The notes: generated from the letters alone by a model not told the origin. Positions 44,242-59,254 are shown, numbered from the stretch's first letter. The stretch: 64,000 nucleotides of DNA from the human T2T-CHM13v2.0 reference genome, Homo sapiens (GCF_009914755.1 NC_060925.1), one strand, 5' to 3'. Numbers and translations: made by a program.

Positions 44242-47134
44242 CTGAAAGTAAAAGAAAAAAAATTCATCAGAGAGGACAATGACAACAGTGGTAACTGCAT
44301 CAAGGTCACTTAAAGGACATTTGTCAAGGTTAGGAAGGGGCAGTGAAACTACTCTCTGCCCTCTTACTGTGATCTTCCTGCATCTCATGTGGAATGCAGC
44401 CATTTAATGATATTTTGAAACAGCAATAGGCTGATCAGAAGAAATCTTGCATGGTTAATCTCAACGGATTTATTATTTCAACCTATATATATGGTGTATC
44501 TCTTTGCCTTTCTCAGAAGAACAATCACACCTTGGTCTTTCCTCCTTCATATTGGATCTTTTGGAGGGAGTACACACAGAAACCTATCATCATTTGACAT
44601 TGTTGAGGTTTTTGCGTGTTAATTTCATTTTACCTCTTCAGCTGCTCCTACTGGAGAAAATAGCTCCATATCATTGAAATGCAAGTTACAAAGTACTTTA
44701 GAAAGCTAAGACAGGATATGAAGCTATTGCATTGGCCAGACAAGCCAGCACAAGGAAAAATCGAGTTTTGGGAAGATATGGAAAATACAGAAGAGAGACC
44801 TCACATACGGTGAACAGTTCAGTGGTTTGACTGGAGATGGAGATGATGACTGTGTAGGGAAGGATAGAGAAGGATGGACTACTCTGTCTTTAGATCTCTG
44901 CATTGTGGTAAGAAGTGACTAATGAATCCCAGATGCAAAATTCTGCTGCTGTCACTTCTAGATGCGGTCAGTCAGTATCCCACCAGGATTTCTCTCCCCA
45001 AAATCCACATCTGATCTTCTTCCATAATGAAAACTTCAAATAGCATGCCATGTTTGTTCCTAGACTGACTAGCATTTGAGACAATAAAATACATTCACCA
45101 AGGCCATGATGTGAAATGAGAAGAAAAAATATAATTTTTAATTAGGCTCAATAGCCATTATATAAAACAGAAGGTCACAATGAAAACAGGGCAAGGGTTG
45201 GGCAATGGGGCCATTAAGAAAGTATTCAAGGAACCAAGATAACTGAGCCCTTCCATGAAAAGCCAACCTGGTGATTTTGGAACCCAAAGATGAGGTGACC
45301 CTGATTTGTTCCATGAAATGTAATGAGGCAAAAGGAGGTTAATTAGAATCCTCTCCAAATCTCTGCCTCACTTTTCTGGTCTCTACTGATTCTCATAAAT
45401 ATTCTGGTTTAGGAGAAAAACTTTAAAGTAGAATAAAACATTATTGGGTAGGCCATAGTATATGAACCAAGAATAAAAGGTCTCTCAAAGGCACAGCAAA
45501 CAGAGAGAATCCTTAAGAAGTCACAGGCATCTGGTTATGCATAGAACCCCTGACCTAAAAACATGTCTACCAGAGCCTCTAGTTACAAACCTAGCACTGA
45601 GTTTTAGGTGAAAGCTGAAGAATTTTAGATAGAAGAGAATGGAAGAATGATAGGGAGTGTGGCAGACAGTGAGAGGGAAAGAAAAAAATAGGGGAAACAG
45701 GGAAGATAAAGGGAGGATTAAAAAAAAAAAGCAAAGAAATGAAAAATGACAGGAAAACTAGATGATGTGATCAGGCTTGGGGAGCTATAAGGAAATATCA
45801 ATTCCAGGAAAGGAAAAGAGGAGTTTGTTTTTTGCTCATAACTTTTCACTTTCTTTACTCTTACTCACTTGCATCAACCATAGAGGATTGATCTCGATTG
45901 GTTTCCAAGATCTTTCAGAAAGGCCACTTTTGTTTTAATCCTGGAGTTGATTTCAGCCTCCTGAATCCATTTTAGATGGGACTCCACAGCCCCCAGTGCC
46001 TTTGAGAGTATGTCAGTTGAAAGAACAACCCGTCACTCTGTCAACCTGAGGTCCAGTCTTACAAGTTTACATAAAATATAGTCATTTCCCTACCATCTTA
46101 CTTTTTACCAGTCATTAGGTGACTCCTACAGATCAAGAAACGGATAGTTCTAACACAACTTCAAACTCTTGACTCACTTCTGTGAAGAGACACGATTTGC
46201 ATTAAAAGTGAATATCATTTCCTTTTATCTCCACCATTAACCCAACTAGAAGGGGAACACATCAAGTGCCCAAGAGAAGACATGACTTCTGGGTTACCAA
46301 CCAGGGCAAAAGTCTTGAAAAGTGGTGGTGGGCTCTCCTGCACATGTGTACCTAATCAAACTCTATCAGAAAAAATACCTCTGGATTTGAAATCTTCTAG
46401 TCACCCCCCTATTAAGAATTCTTAGTTGAGTTATTAAGAATTAATCTTGTGACTCATGTCTAGGTGAAAACTGCAAGCATGAACAAGATTACCTCATATG
46501 ATGTATTGCCCCCAAATGCCCTAAAAAATGAATCATGAGTTATGGAAAGTTACTCCTGTTAGGCTTTCTGTGTATTCCTGTATCCTGGGAGGCATTTAAG
46601 CCACCTTTTGAAAAAGCTGATAAGTAGGTCAGCTACAGCAACTATAATCAGACTGGCTGCCCCAGGGAAAGCTTCATCTGCAAGTTGGAAGCTCTAACAA
46701 GTTAAACTTTGCTGCGTTATGATTAAATGAATCCATTACAATTATTTTCTGCTTAGCACAGCAACTTGTATTTACACATAAGAAAAACCAGTAATCAGAC
46801 ATCTAAGGATTCCAGATATAAGCACTCTCCTGCTCTAATTGCAGCCAAAGCCCCAGGTATCCTTGTTCTTTTCCTATGACTCTCTATGCCTTCTTTTTTT
46901 TTTCATGAACTTTGTGAAGAATAAAATACATGCTTTGTAAAGCCTTTCAACATGAAGCTCATAAAATAGACTCCACTGTTCTCAATCATTGAAGAAGCCA
47001 GATCTCCTGAATGTCATTTCTTTATGTAGTAATGATTCCTCTACAACACAGTAATTTTAATGCTCCTCTATGAAGCCCACCAGAAAAAGGATGTGTTCTA
47101 GATGAGTCAGATGCTAACACATGCCAATATTTAA

Positions 47135-47330
47135 AAGCATCAGCTTAAGGGCACGCTGCCTGAGTTTGAATCCCACCTCTACCTCTGGTCATATATTTCT
47201 GGATCTATAAAATGGCGATGATAATATTACCCCCTCAAAGTGTCATCTGAGGATAAAATGGCTTCATCTTTGTTAAAAGCTTAGAACAGTGCCTGGCAAA
47301 CATAAATGTTACAAAAGAGTTTGATAAATG
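47135..47330 (+). mobile_element. MIR
   Basis: ctgcctgagtttgaatccc...atctataaaatgg...aaagcttagaacagtgcctggca. Confidence 0.75.
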
Positions 47331-47409
47331 TTAGGACAAGTGGATATCTTATTCACAACCTAGTAATTTTAGAGCCCTCTTCTTCCCAAAACTGAAACTT
47401 ACCAAGTCC

Positions 47410-47560
47410 AGGTCCTCTCATTTTTCAGAGAAGGAAACCAGGCTCAGAGAGATTAAGTGGATTGCTTAGGTCAGACAGCAAGTTACTGGCCCATCTGAAA
47501 CCAGAGATCAAAGTTCCTGATTCTCCACCCAGTGATATTTCTTTCACCCAACTTTACCAT
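47410..47560 (-). mobile_element. MIR fragment
   Basis: catttttcagagaaggaaaccaggctcagagagattaagtggattgcttaggtc. Confidence 0.7.
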
Positions 47561-48508
47561 GCCTCCTTGAGGCCATGGGCCTTCTGTGAACTACAGCAAT
47601 AGGAAGAACCTGCCTGACATGCAGCAGCTACAGAAAGGTCCCCTTTATCCAAGATTTCCTGCTGACAGCAGAGGGGCAGGATCACAAGCATGAACATCAC
47701 ACACTATAGCAGCAGCCATGATTCAGAAAAATTATGGCTGCAGCCACGTTCTTTCAGGTACACAGTAAAAAAGGACCTGATCTGCCCTGAAACATCCTTT
47801 TCAGTAAAAAAAGCCTAATTAATAAAATATGATACTACCCAAAAAGCCTGATGACACTCGAGGGATCTCAAAACGGCCGACTGCTGGCTTACTTGTGCTT
47901 CTCGAATGTACAACTCCAAAAAGATTGATTTGGCTCATGTATTTTATTCTTACAGTGTGGAGAGACATGATCCAGGTTTAAAAAGACTCAACTTCATATT
48001 TTCCCTTTACACTTTCCCCTTCTCTTTAAGGGTAAAATCAGGTAAAATAATTTAAAATGAGTGTGTATCAAAACAGCAATTTCTAAGCACAAAAGAAAAC
48101 CTAAATATTGATCATCAATGAGAAAAGTATATGAAGAGGGACCTCCTGCACCACACTGGCCATTGTGTATAAAATAATGAAACATTTAAGATAAGACTTA
48201 ATGGAAACAGCCACACCAACACCTTTCCAGTAAGCAGGGCCGCAAGCACTATAATATTGTATTGAAGTACTTTAAATAGAAATCTCATTTAGATTAGCTA
48301 TGAACTTGCATCTCCTTAGACAGTTTGAGGTCTTTGTTTTTATGAAGCTTATCTCACTCCTAACATTCTACTTCCAAGATCTTAAATCTCAGCGCTATGA
48401 AAATGCATAATAAACTTTACAAGTTACTGGAATATAAGAGAAAACAAAATCATTTGGGTTTTTTTCCACTTAAAACACTAGGAAAAGAGTAAAGAAAATC
48501 ACAATGAG

Positions 48509-48817
<309 letters not shown>

Positions 48818-50459
48818 GAAAATCACAATGGAGTAATTATGGCTGTTTCCCAAGGAAAGTCACCATAAATACTCTCATTTCAAATGACCTATTTTGGAAA
48901 TATCTTTTCAATTAGACCTAGACATGCTGTTATATCTCTGCTATAGATAGTAAATACACAAACCAGCTTGAGAGAAATGTCTCCAAATAAAGGTGACCCC
49001 AAAACTTTTCTTTGCTAATACACTTGCAATAAGGCATATGCTATCTTCAGTCTGGAGACACCCCTCCCACACACACTGTCTTTCCCTCAATGAAATAACT
49101 GGCTACTTACAGAATTTTCTTATATTTGGGCATTGTCTTAGGAAGCTATACATCCATTTGATTAAAGTGCAATTTTCTCTCCAAATCCCACTCATCACCT
49201 TTTCGCCTATTTCTCCATCCTTACTAATCTCCCAGATTCATTCTATCATTTGCCATTTTTTGCATTTTGTTGTATTCAGTTAGTTCTTTCTCAGCTTCAG
49301 TTAATTTCACCCCAAATTTGGAATTACCAATATTTGAACTTAACGGGGTATACAAGGCTGAATGGCATCGCAGAAACTGGCTGCTGAGTTAAAGATGCAT
49401 GCAGTTCAAAGTGAGAGAACAGGAAGAAGCTGAGGCTCTTGAGTGCTTGGAAAGGAGCAGACAAGATGAGAAGAAATTTGGAGGTTCACAGGGAACCACG
49501 TTAATGAATTGAGGAGGGAGCCCAGCTGAGGGATTAAAAGCCGGAAACAAAGGAATTGTGGAAAACCATCAGATGTTTTGAGGCATAGGTGGTGATATGG
49601 GGAAAAGAAAAATGTTCAAGAAGGAATAGAAAAAGTAAAGCTAGTGACATCTCAAATGTAGGCCACCATTTCTGGGGGAGGGGAAGCACCACTCTTCCAG
49701 AATAACAAGTTGTTAACAGAAAATATGATCATTCAATTTGGGGATATTAAATATTTCCAAATAGTAGCTGACAATATGAGATAGAATTTTGTAAAGTAAA
49801 AAACATCTTCAGACAATGGTTATAACTCATTACAAGAGTGACTCTCAGGCCAGAAGCAGATTCTACCTCAGTAGACAATGTGTGTTGGGAGCCCATTAAA
49901 TAGCATCCATCAGACTTTGCAAAATATTGATAGGCTTCATGGAGCATGGTAATGCATAAGGGATACCATCCATGATAAAAATAATATAATCAAAAAAGTT
50001 GTAAGAAAAAAATAAATTAATAGTTAACTCAAAAAAGGGGGCACTCCCCCAGCCCCTGTAACAGTCAGAAGCAAAGAGGTAATTTGAAATAAGAATGGTT
50101 AAGTCTGAACTGACACCATGCCAACCCAAAGGGAACACAGACATGGATATAGGTCTTAGGAGCTGAGGAATTGGGTTTTAGCATATTTGAATAGGTTCCA
50201 TGTCCATAAAGAGCAAATTATAAAAAACTTCATTTACCAGTGCTGGAAAAAAGCAAAAAGAGTTTGCCTTCTGCCTGCTGTAGAGTAGATAAAAATCTGT
50301 CATCCATGATAAACCAAAACCTCAAGTCCTCATAATACAGGGCAGTGGGATTTAAATTTAAACTGTTCCAGTAAGGTGAAAATTTAAAAACAAGAAACTA
50401 ACATAAAAAGTAGTGGAGGATGATAAAACTTCCTCACAGGAGTAAATGCATGAGATTCA

Positions 50460-51500
50460 TTTTTCTTTTTTTTTTTTTTTTTTGGCTCCCATGAGTGACA
50501 ACATACAACATTTGTCTTTCTGTGCCTGGTTTATCTCACTTAACATAATGTCCTCCAGTTCCAATCATGTTGTTGCAAATTGACAGGATTTTATTTGTTT
50601 TATGGTTGAATAAATTCCATTGTGTATATATACACGGTTTCTTTATCCATTCATCTGCTGATGGGGACTGAGGTTGATTCCATATTTTGGCTGTTGTGAA
50701 TAGTGCTATCATAAACATGGGGGCACAGATATCTTTTTAATATGGCGATTTCTTTTCTTTTGGATAGATAGCCAGCCTTGGGATTGCCAGATGACATTTC
50801 AGTTCTAGTTTTAGCTTTTTGAGGACCCTGCATACTGTTTTCCATAGTGACTGTATTCATTCACTTTCCCGCCAACAGGGTATAAGTGCTTCCCTTACTT
50901 GCTAGCCTTTGTAACATTCTGATAACAGCCATTTTAACTGGGGTGAGATGATAGCTGATTGTGGTTTTGAGTTTCACTTCTCTGATGATTAGTGATGTAG
51001 AGCACTTTTTCATATACTTGTTGCCCATTTGTATGTCTTCTTTTGAGAAATGTCTATTCAGAACTTTTGCCCATTTCTAAATTGTTATTAATTTTTTTTG
51101 CTATTTAGTTGTTTGAGTTCCTAATATATTGTCGTTATTAATCCCTTGTGAGTTGAATATTTTGTAAATATTTCTCTCCCATTTTGTGGGGTTGTCTCTT
51201 CACTTTGTTTATTCTTTCCTTTGCTGTGCAGAAGCTTTTTAGCTTGATATAATCCCATTTCTCAATTTTGGCCTCGGTTGTCTGTGCTTTTGAGGCCTTA
51301 CTCAATAAATCTTTGCCCAGTCCAAGGTCCTGAAGCATTTCCCCAGTGTTTTCTTCTAGTATTGTTTCATAGTTTCAGGTCTTATATTATTTAAGTCTTT
51401 AATCTACTTTGATTTGAGTTTTGTGTATGGTGAGAGATAGGATGAAACTAGATGTTTCATCCCTCTGAATATACATATCCAGTTTTTCCAGCATCATTTA
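50460..51500 (-). mobile_element. L1MA-type fragment (ORF2 C-terminus/3'UTR)
   Basis: ORF 51138-51338 ([13 protein letters not shown]...[14 protein letters not shown]) and 50536-50718 are L1 ORF2-like. Confidence 0.85.
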
Positions 51501-51504
51501 TAAT

Positions 51505-52350
51505 GTTTTTAAGTTTTTAACTTTTGTGAGTGCATGGTAGGTGTATATATTTATGGGATACATGAGATATTTTGGTATAGGCATGCAATACGTAATAATC
51601 ACATCATGGAAAATTGGGTATCTATTCCCTCAAGCATTTATCCTTTGTGTTATAAATAATCCAGTTATATTCTTTTAGTTCCTTTCAAATGTACAATTAA
51701 TTTATTATTGACTACAGTCTCCTTGTTATGTTATCAAACACAAGGTATTATTCACTTTTTCTATTTTTTTTATACCCATTAACCATCACCACCTCCTCCC
51801 AATGTGCCCTTAATACCCCCAACCCAGCCTCTGGTAACCATCCTTCTATTCTCTATCTCTAAGAGTTCAATTGTTTTGATTTGTACATCCCACAAATAGA
51901 TGAGAATATATAATGTTTATCTTTCTGTGCCCAGCTTTTTTTACTTAACATAATGACCTCCAGTTCCATCCATGTTGTTGCAAATGATAGAATTCTTTTT
52001 TATGGCTGAATAGTACTCCATTGTGTATAAGTACCACATTTTAAAAAATCCATTTACCTATTGATGGACACCTCAGTTGCTTCCAAATCTTGGCTATTGT
52101 GAATAGTGCTGCAACAAACATAGGAGTGCAGATATCTCTTCAATATACTGATTTCCCTTCTTTGGGGGCATACAGCCAGCAGTGGGATTGCTGGATCATA
52201 TGGAAACTCTATTTTTAGTTTTTTGAGGAACTTCCAAACTGTTCTCTATAGTGGTTTACTAATTAACATTCCCACCAATAATGCAAGAGGGTTCTCATTT
52301 CTCCACATCCTCACCAGCATTTGTTATCATCTGACTTTTGGATAAAAGCC
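51505..52350 (-). mobile_element. Second L1MA (L1MA2/3-like) 3' end
   Basis: gtaggtgtatatatttatgggatacatgagatattttg...ccagcctctggtaaccatccttcta, an L1MA 3'UTR. Confidence 0.85.
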
Positions 52351-52410
52351 AGGTGATGCTGATGCTGCCAGTCTGGGGACCACATATTGCAAATCATTGC
52401 ACTAAAGGGC
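52351..52410. mobile_element. MER5A fragment
   Basis: ccaggtgatgctgatgctgccagtctggggaccacatatt. Confidence 0.65.
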
Positions 52411-52419
52411 TAGAAACAC

Positions 52420-53830
52420 AGTATTCAATTTTCAAAGTACTAGAGGAAAAAAAGGACCAAAAAATTTCATTTTGTTCAATAGATGGTAAGAAAGAAAAGG
52501 TGGAGAGACAAAGAAAAAGCATCATGAACATAAAGCCAACAAAAAATACCATGGTAGAAAAAAGTCCAAACATATCAGTAATCTCAGTAAATGTAAACAG
52601 ATAAAATTTGCCTATCAAAATACAGACTCTCGGTCTGCCTTAAAAATAAAAATCTTGTTAGATTTAGAAGAAATATTAAAGTCACCTAAAAATTTTAGGC
52701 AAAATAATTTTTAAAAAATCAATACATTTTTACCAAAATAAAGTTTCCTTACCTCTTTTAATAGTAAGCAAAATATTGAGGCTTTTACTCAAAATAGAAT
52801 ACATAGCAGTACATAATGATGAAAGGAGAGTGTCACCAGGAAGATAAAATAATTGAAATGTATACACTTAGCCATGTAGTCTCAAAAATATCTGAAGTAA
52901 AAATAGGTAGAATTACAAGGAAAGATTAATAAATCTATAATCATAGGGGAAGCTTTTAAGATACCTAGCTCAGAAAATGATAGTTCAATTAGACAATAAA
53001 TAAGCATATGAAATATTTGACCGACAGAATTAACAAGCTTCATCTAAGAGATATGTATATTAGAACCTTACACCAACCAAAAGAGAAAGAATATAATTTT
53101 CAAACATAGGTACATTTAAAACAATTGATGCCTTACTAAAGTACAAAAGTAGTCTGATCCATGCCAAAAATTAATATCATGCACAGTTTTACAATTAAAT
53201 TAGAAGTCAATAATAAAAAGTTGGCAAAATAACAATTGTAATAATCACAATCCTTTGGATTTGCATGTAATAAAAACAATGGAAATAACAGTTAAGAATA
53301 AATTATAATGAAAATTAGAACATATTTTAAAATGAATGACAATGAAAAGCAGTAGTACCAACTAGAACTTTTAGAACCCAGGTAAAGCAATCTGTAGAGG
53401 AGAAGATATTGCCTTAAAATGTGCATCTTAGAAAAACTTCACAGTCCATATTGGCAGGCTATTTCCTAATGTAAAAATTCAACAAGGATATTATGAGAAA
53501 GAAAATATATTCTTATCTATGAATATAAATGAAAAAACTCTGAATGAACTATTTACAAAATGAATCTATAAATGTATAAAAACACATCATCATCAAATCT
53601 GGTCCACTTCATAATGATATAGTATTAGGAAAAGATGTTAATGTAATTCACAAAATTGAGAAAGTAAAAAAGAAAAACTGTATGTTGCTCAATTGGTGCA
53701 GAAAGGACGTTGAAAAATAAATTCAACACCCATTCATAAACATCCCTTACAAACTAGTAATAAAAGAGTTCTTTTTAAACCTCATAGAGGATACCAGAGC
53801 TATGTTGCAATAAACACTGTATTTAGCAAT
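52420..53830 (+). mobile_element. Ancient L1ME ORF2 fragments
   Basis: SPNISVISVNVN (start of ORF2 EN), aaattagaagtcaataataaaa, aaattcaacacccattcataaaa. Confidence 0.65.
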
Positions 53831-54644
53831 AGAATTTCAGGATTATTCAGACAAGAGGCATTAAACAAGATGAATCTGATTAACCTAAAACAGAAGAGTG
53901 AAAAGAAAATTACTAAGGGAGACTAAAATATAAGGAGAGAGAAAGGAACATGGGGTAATAGTTTATCACCTGTGAAGTACAGTTTGGGAGATTTTAACTA
54001 AAAAGAAAAACAGAAACAATGCAGGGATGATAGTATCCAGCAGGAGTAGGCTACTTAGGCAAGTAAATGTGGCGTTAATAAAGGAAACGCAACAAGCCCT
54101 GATTCTTTGATTAGCTGACCTTATGCAGCCAGACACATTCAGACCCTTAAGAGAACACACTAGACAGAAAATATTATTTTAAGGTCATATTTCATGACTG
54201 CTAATTAGTGTATCCATAAACACAAATGAAGTCGACATTGCACATTGAAATTGTATAATCTACCAAGATGTAGGAATGCACAAAACTCAAAGGTCTCCTC
54301 TGGACTCCTGAGAATTAGGATCTAAATGTAATCCTGGGTCTGTGTGTTTCTGCATGTGTTGGGGTCTGGAGCTTTAGCTTAAGGATGTATGGGGAGGTGG
54401 GCCATTGAGGAAGGAAGCAAGGGTGGACTTCAATAAAGAAGAAACAGGAGATAATGACAGTGACTGACGAGGGAGAGATGCTTTTGTTCTCTAAGTATCC
54501 TGCTCATTTCACCTTGGAGTGAAGTGGTAGAAACAACACAGTTTATGCACACACTCTGTCTTCCTTTACAGTTTCCTGCATCTTTAATTCCATGTTAGCC
54601 TTCCTCTAACTATTCCATATATGAAACAGCTTCTCCATCTTTGA

Positions 54645-55009
<365 letters not shown>

Positions 55010-55564
55010 TTCCTCCCTCTTAAAGGTCTTATAATCTTGTGTGTAGCGAATCCTGCCCTTGGGAAATGGGTATGACAGCCAAGTTCATTCACCTCCTATC
55101 AGGATGCATGCTGCTTGCTTTTACCCACATGGTATTTCAGCAAGATAAACAATGTTAATGTATGAACTATAAGGCAACTTTTTGTAATGCCCTCCTGTCC
55201 CTCTAATCTTCTGCATACCTCTCTGGATATCTAACTTACACATTGTCCTGAGATTTTTCTATTTGTAATAACATTTCATCAATCTAGTACATATAGGAAT
55301 AAGATGGTTCAGGTAGTGATTTTTCCATATAACTGAAGCTTTCTCTTGTAAACACTGAAACTTTCCACATTTATGCTTTATGCTCTTTAAAACAAAATAT
55401 AATAATACGAGTTAACTTAAAAAAAAAGTACAGAGTTACACAAAGTGTACAGTGAAAGTTTCTGTTATCTGCTTTACTCTGACCTAACTTCCAGTACCAA
55501 TCACAGTTAATGACTATTTGAGGAGTTATCCTTCCTGCATTTTCTGCACTTGAACATGTATTAT

Positions 55565-55590
55565 ACACACACACACACACACACACACAC
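55565..55590. repeat. (AC)13 microsatellite
   Basis: Perfect AC run. Confidence 0.9.
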
Positions 55591-55630
55591 AAAACCATGC
55601 ACAGCCTTTTTATGTAACTTGAATTAACAA

Positions 55631-55797
55631 GGTTGGGTGCAGTTTGTAGTCCCAGCTACTCAGAAGACTGAGGAGGAATCACTTGAGCCCTGGAGATCCA
55701 GGCTGCAGTGAGCTGTGATCAAGCCACTCCATTCCAGCCTGGGTGACACAGTGAGATCCTGACTCGAAAAAACAAACAAACAAACAAACAAACAAAA
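55631..55797 (+). mobile_element. Alu monomer (FAM/FRAM-like) with (AAAC)n tail
   Basis: tgtagtcccagctactc...cacttgagccc...ggctgcagtgagctgtgatc. Confidence 0.85.
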
Positions 55798-56125
55798 AGA
55801 GCCCTGCTAACATTATTTATCCTGGGTAAGGCTATGTCTCAATCATGATCCACACTGGGACATTCCAGCTATGTGAAGCAATATAGTTTCAATTTTGAGT
55901 TGTATTTTTGACATTTGCCAACAAAAACCTCTAATATACCAAATTTATCCAAATTTCATGTAAAATTAAAATACTTCAGAAGGCTTCTGGTTTCTTCTCT
56001 GGGATATACAAAGCTGTAAAGCATGTTTCTTCCACACTTACAATGAAAAAAAAAAAACCCACAAACTTTAAATACATGACTTTTCTAAAAATCTCATTAC
56101 AGAACTGAGTTGTAGAGCAGACAGC

Positions 56126-56678
56126 TCTCAGAGGCACGTAAACCAGAACAACTGCATGTTGAATAGGAGCTGAGTAAAATGAGGCTGAAACCTACTGGGC
56201 TGCATTCCCAGACACTTAAGGCATCCTAAGTCACAGGATGAGAGAGGAAGTTGGCACAAATTACAGGTCATAAAGACCTTGCTGATAAAACAGGTTGAGG
56301 TAAAGAAGCTGGCCAAAACCCACCAAAACCAAGATGGCGATGAGCGTGACCTCTGTAGTCCTCACTGCTACACTCCCACCAGCGCCGTGACAGTTTACAA
56401 ATGCCATGGCAACGTCAGGAAGTTACCCTATATGGTCTAAAAAGGGGAGACATGAATATTCCACCCCTTGTTTAGCATATACTCAAGAAATAACCATAGA
56501 AATGGGCCACCAGCAGCCTTCTGGGCTGCGTTGTCTGTGGAGGATCCATTCTTTTATTCCTTCACTTCCTTAATAAACTTGCTTTCACTTTCTACTGCAG
56601 ACTCACCCTAAATTCTTTCTTGTGCGAGATCCAAGAACCCTCTTTTGGGGTCTGGATTGGGAATCCTTTCCTGTACCA
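56126..56678 (+). mobile_element. MER41A solo LTR (ERV1), 553 bp
   Basis: Colinear with the recalled MER41A consensus (..cagaggc..gggctgcattcccagac..ccaagatggcg..ccctatatggtctaaaaagggg..aataaacttgctttc..ggggtctggat); TSD cagc/cacc. Confidence 0.9.
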
Positions 56679-58210
56679 CACCTAGTCCAAAATCTGAGGA
56701 GAGAAAGATACCTTCAGGGAGAAAAGAGACAATAAGCACTCACTCACCTGGGGCAGATGCAACCAAAGCTGGTGGGAAGATTTTGGCCAGTGGAATCGAT
56801 GAGTTGGTGAACACAGCTATGTGTGGGCTGGTGGGACAGTGTAAAGCCTTAGGGAGCCATAGAAATTGCCGGCTCCTTCTCTCAGAATTCTACAGGGTGT
56901 TCACAGAAAAGACTGGTGAGCACCCTAAGAACATGTCTGATGTGGCGCAGACCTGAAGGGAGAAAAGGCAGACATGCACAGGAGCACACGGCTCAGCCGG
57001 GCCCTTCTGCCAACTCTCCAATGGAACAAAAATTGTAATCTGTGGAGGAAAGGTCAATAAATGCTGTTGTCTTTAGGGCACTGATGAAAACTCACTGCAG
57101 CTGGGAGGGAAGGGATTGTTTAAAAATGAGAAACTCTCCTTCTGAGGAAGGGGCAGGAACACCTGCTGGGCCCAGGATTACAGACAGGGGAGAGAGGAAA
57201 GCTCAGGATGCATCCCTGAGACCAAGGGGTTTCATTAGAAAATTAATCAGAATGTCCTCCGTGTCCCACCCCCTGCCACCAAGGTAACAAGTTGCAAGTA
57301 AAGAGTAAAACATATACCAATGGGAGAGGGACAGGAAAGGTATAAGAGCATGCAGCCACTCTGAGGTGCAGCCTGAAAGCTGGGGACCCAGCAGACTTCA
57401 CTCTGGCAACCCCGCCTCACTCTCCAACCTGAACACAAGTTATCCCTCCAGGAATTCAGGGTCCATGATGCCCTGAGGATAACCACAGCAACAACAAAGC
57501 TCAACAGTGTCCCACTCGCCAACTAGGTTCATTCAACTCCTCCCCCCATATCAGAAGTCTAGCAAAGGAAATGTATGCACATTTTCAGGCATAAAAACTA
57601 TTTACCTCAGTCTCTATGGGCCTCCACAGAACATCCAGCTGTCAACCAAAAATTATGAGGCACACAAAAGGGCAAGAAAAAAAATTCACTCCTAGAAGAT
57701 AAAGCCGTAATCAAAGTAAGACTCAGAGATGACACATATAGTGGAACGATCTGACAGGGGATTTAAAAGAACTGTGATTAATATGTTAAGGGCTGTACTG
57801 GAAAACAACGCCGGATGAAAGATTGAATGGGTAATCTCCGCAGAGAGATGGAAACTATAAAATAAAAAGTCAAGTGGAAATGATAGAAGTGAAAAACACA
57901 GTCACAGATATAGAAGGCTTTCTTTCCACAGGTTCATCACACTGGACACAGTCGAGGAAATAATCAGTGAACATGAAGACAGGTCAGCAGCAATGGCCCA
58001 CACTGACACACAAAAATACAACTGAGTTCAAAACTGCAAACATTACTGAGTATCCAAAACCTTCAGAGCAATACCAAATTGTCTAACATAGGCATGTTTT
58101 GAACCTCAGAAAGAGAAGAGGAAGAGGGCAGAACAAAAGAAATATTTGAATAAATAATAGCCAATAAATTTCCAAAATGACAGACACCAAACCACAGATT
58201 CAGAAGATCA

Positions 58211-58490
58211 GGCAGGGCGCAGTGGCTCACACCTGTAATCCCAGATCTTTGGGAGGCCCAGGCGGGCAAATCACCTGAGGTCTGGAGAAACACCATCTCT
58301 ACTAAAAATATAAAAATTAGCCGGGCTGTGGTGGCACATGCCTGTAATCCCAACTACTCAGGAGACTGAGGTGGGAGAATCACTTGAACCCAGGAGGCAG
58401 AGGTTATAGTGAGCTGAGATGGTGCCACTGCACTCCAGCCTGGGTGACAGAGGGAGACCCTGTCTCAAAAAATAAAAAAAATTAAAAAAA
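58211..58490 (+). mobile_element. AluSx-like with a left-arm deletion
   Basis: TSD gaagatca; lacks ttcgagaccagcctggccaacatggtg. Confidence 0.93.
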
Positions 58491-59150
58491 GGAAGATCAG
58501 ATAGTACCAAGGAGCATAAATATACAAATGAACAAATGAATAAATAAACAAACAACAAAAACCATATGCAACAACTGCTGGAAACAAAAGACATATATTC
58601 AAACTGCTGAAAACAAACGACAAAAAGAAATCTTGAAGGCAGCCAGAAAAAAGACATATTCCACAGAGAAGAACAAAGGTAAGCCTTGCAGAAGACTCCT
58701 CAGAAACCATGCAAGCCAGCAGGTCATAGAGGGACATCTATAAAGTGCTAAGATGGCTGGGAGAACTGCCATCTTGTGGAACTATCAACATAGAATTCTA
58801 TTCCCAGCAAAAATATCTTTCAAAAATATAAGAGAAATACTTTCTCATGCAAACAAAACTGACAAAATGTCTTGCCAATAGGCCTACACTCAAGAGCTGT
58901 TCAAGAAAGTTCTTCAGGCAGAAGAAAACTTCAGGTCAGAAACTTGAATCTACACAAAGATATAGAGCATTGGGAATGAAATAAATAAATTAAAATCATG
59001 TTTAGAAATTTTTAATTGCTCTAAAAGAGCAATTTTCCTCTAAAGCAAGAATAGTAAACAACGGATTGTGTGTTCTTAGCATATGTAAGAATAAATATAT
59101 GACAATAATAGCACAAAGGAAAGGAAGGAGAAATAATGTTAAAATTCCTC

Positions 59151-59254
59151 ACACTACATATAAAGTGGTATATTATTTAAACGTAATATTATTTAAATTT
59201 AATATATATTTAAATTTATATTATTTAAATAATATACCACTTTCTGTGTAGTGT
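59151..59254. repeat. AT-rich inverted repeat / quasi-palindrome
   Basis: Arms 59151-59181 and 59224-59254 are reverse complements at 29/31 positions; the spacer is partly self-complementary. Confidence 0.9.

Noticed and set aside
44050-44403. ORF 44050-44403 as a stand-alone gene
   Set aside because: Contains the 109-nt exon plus flanking intron sequence.
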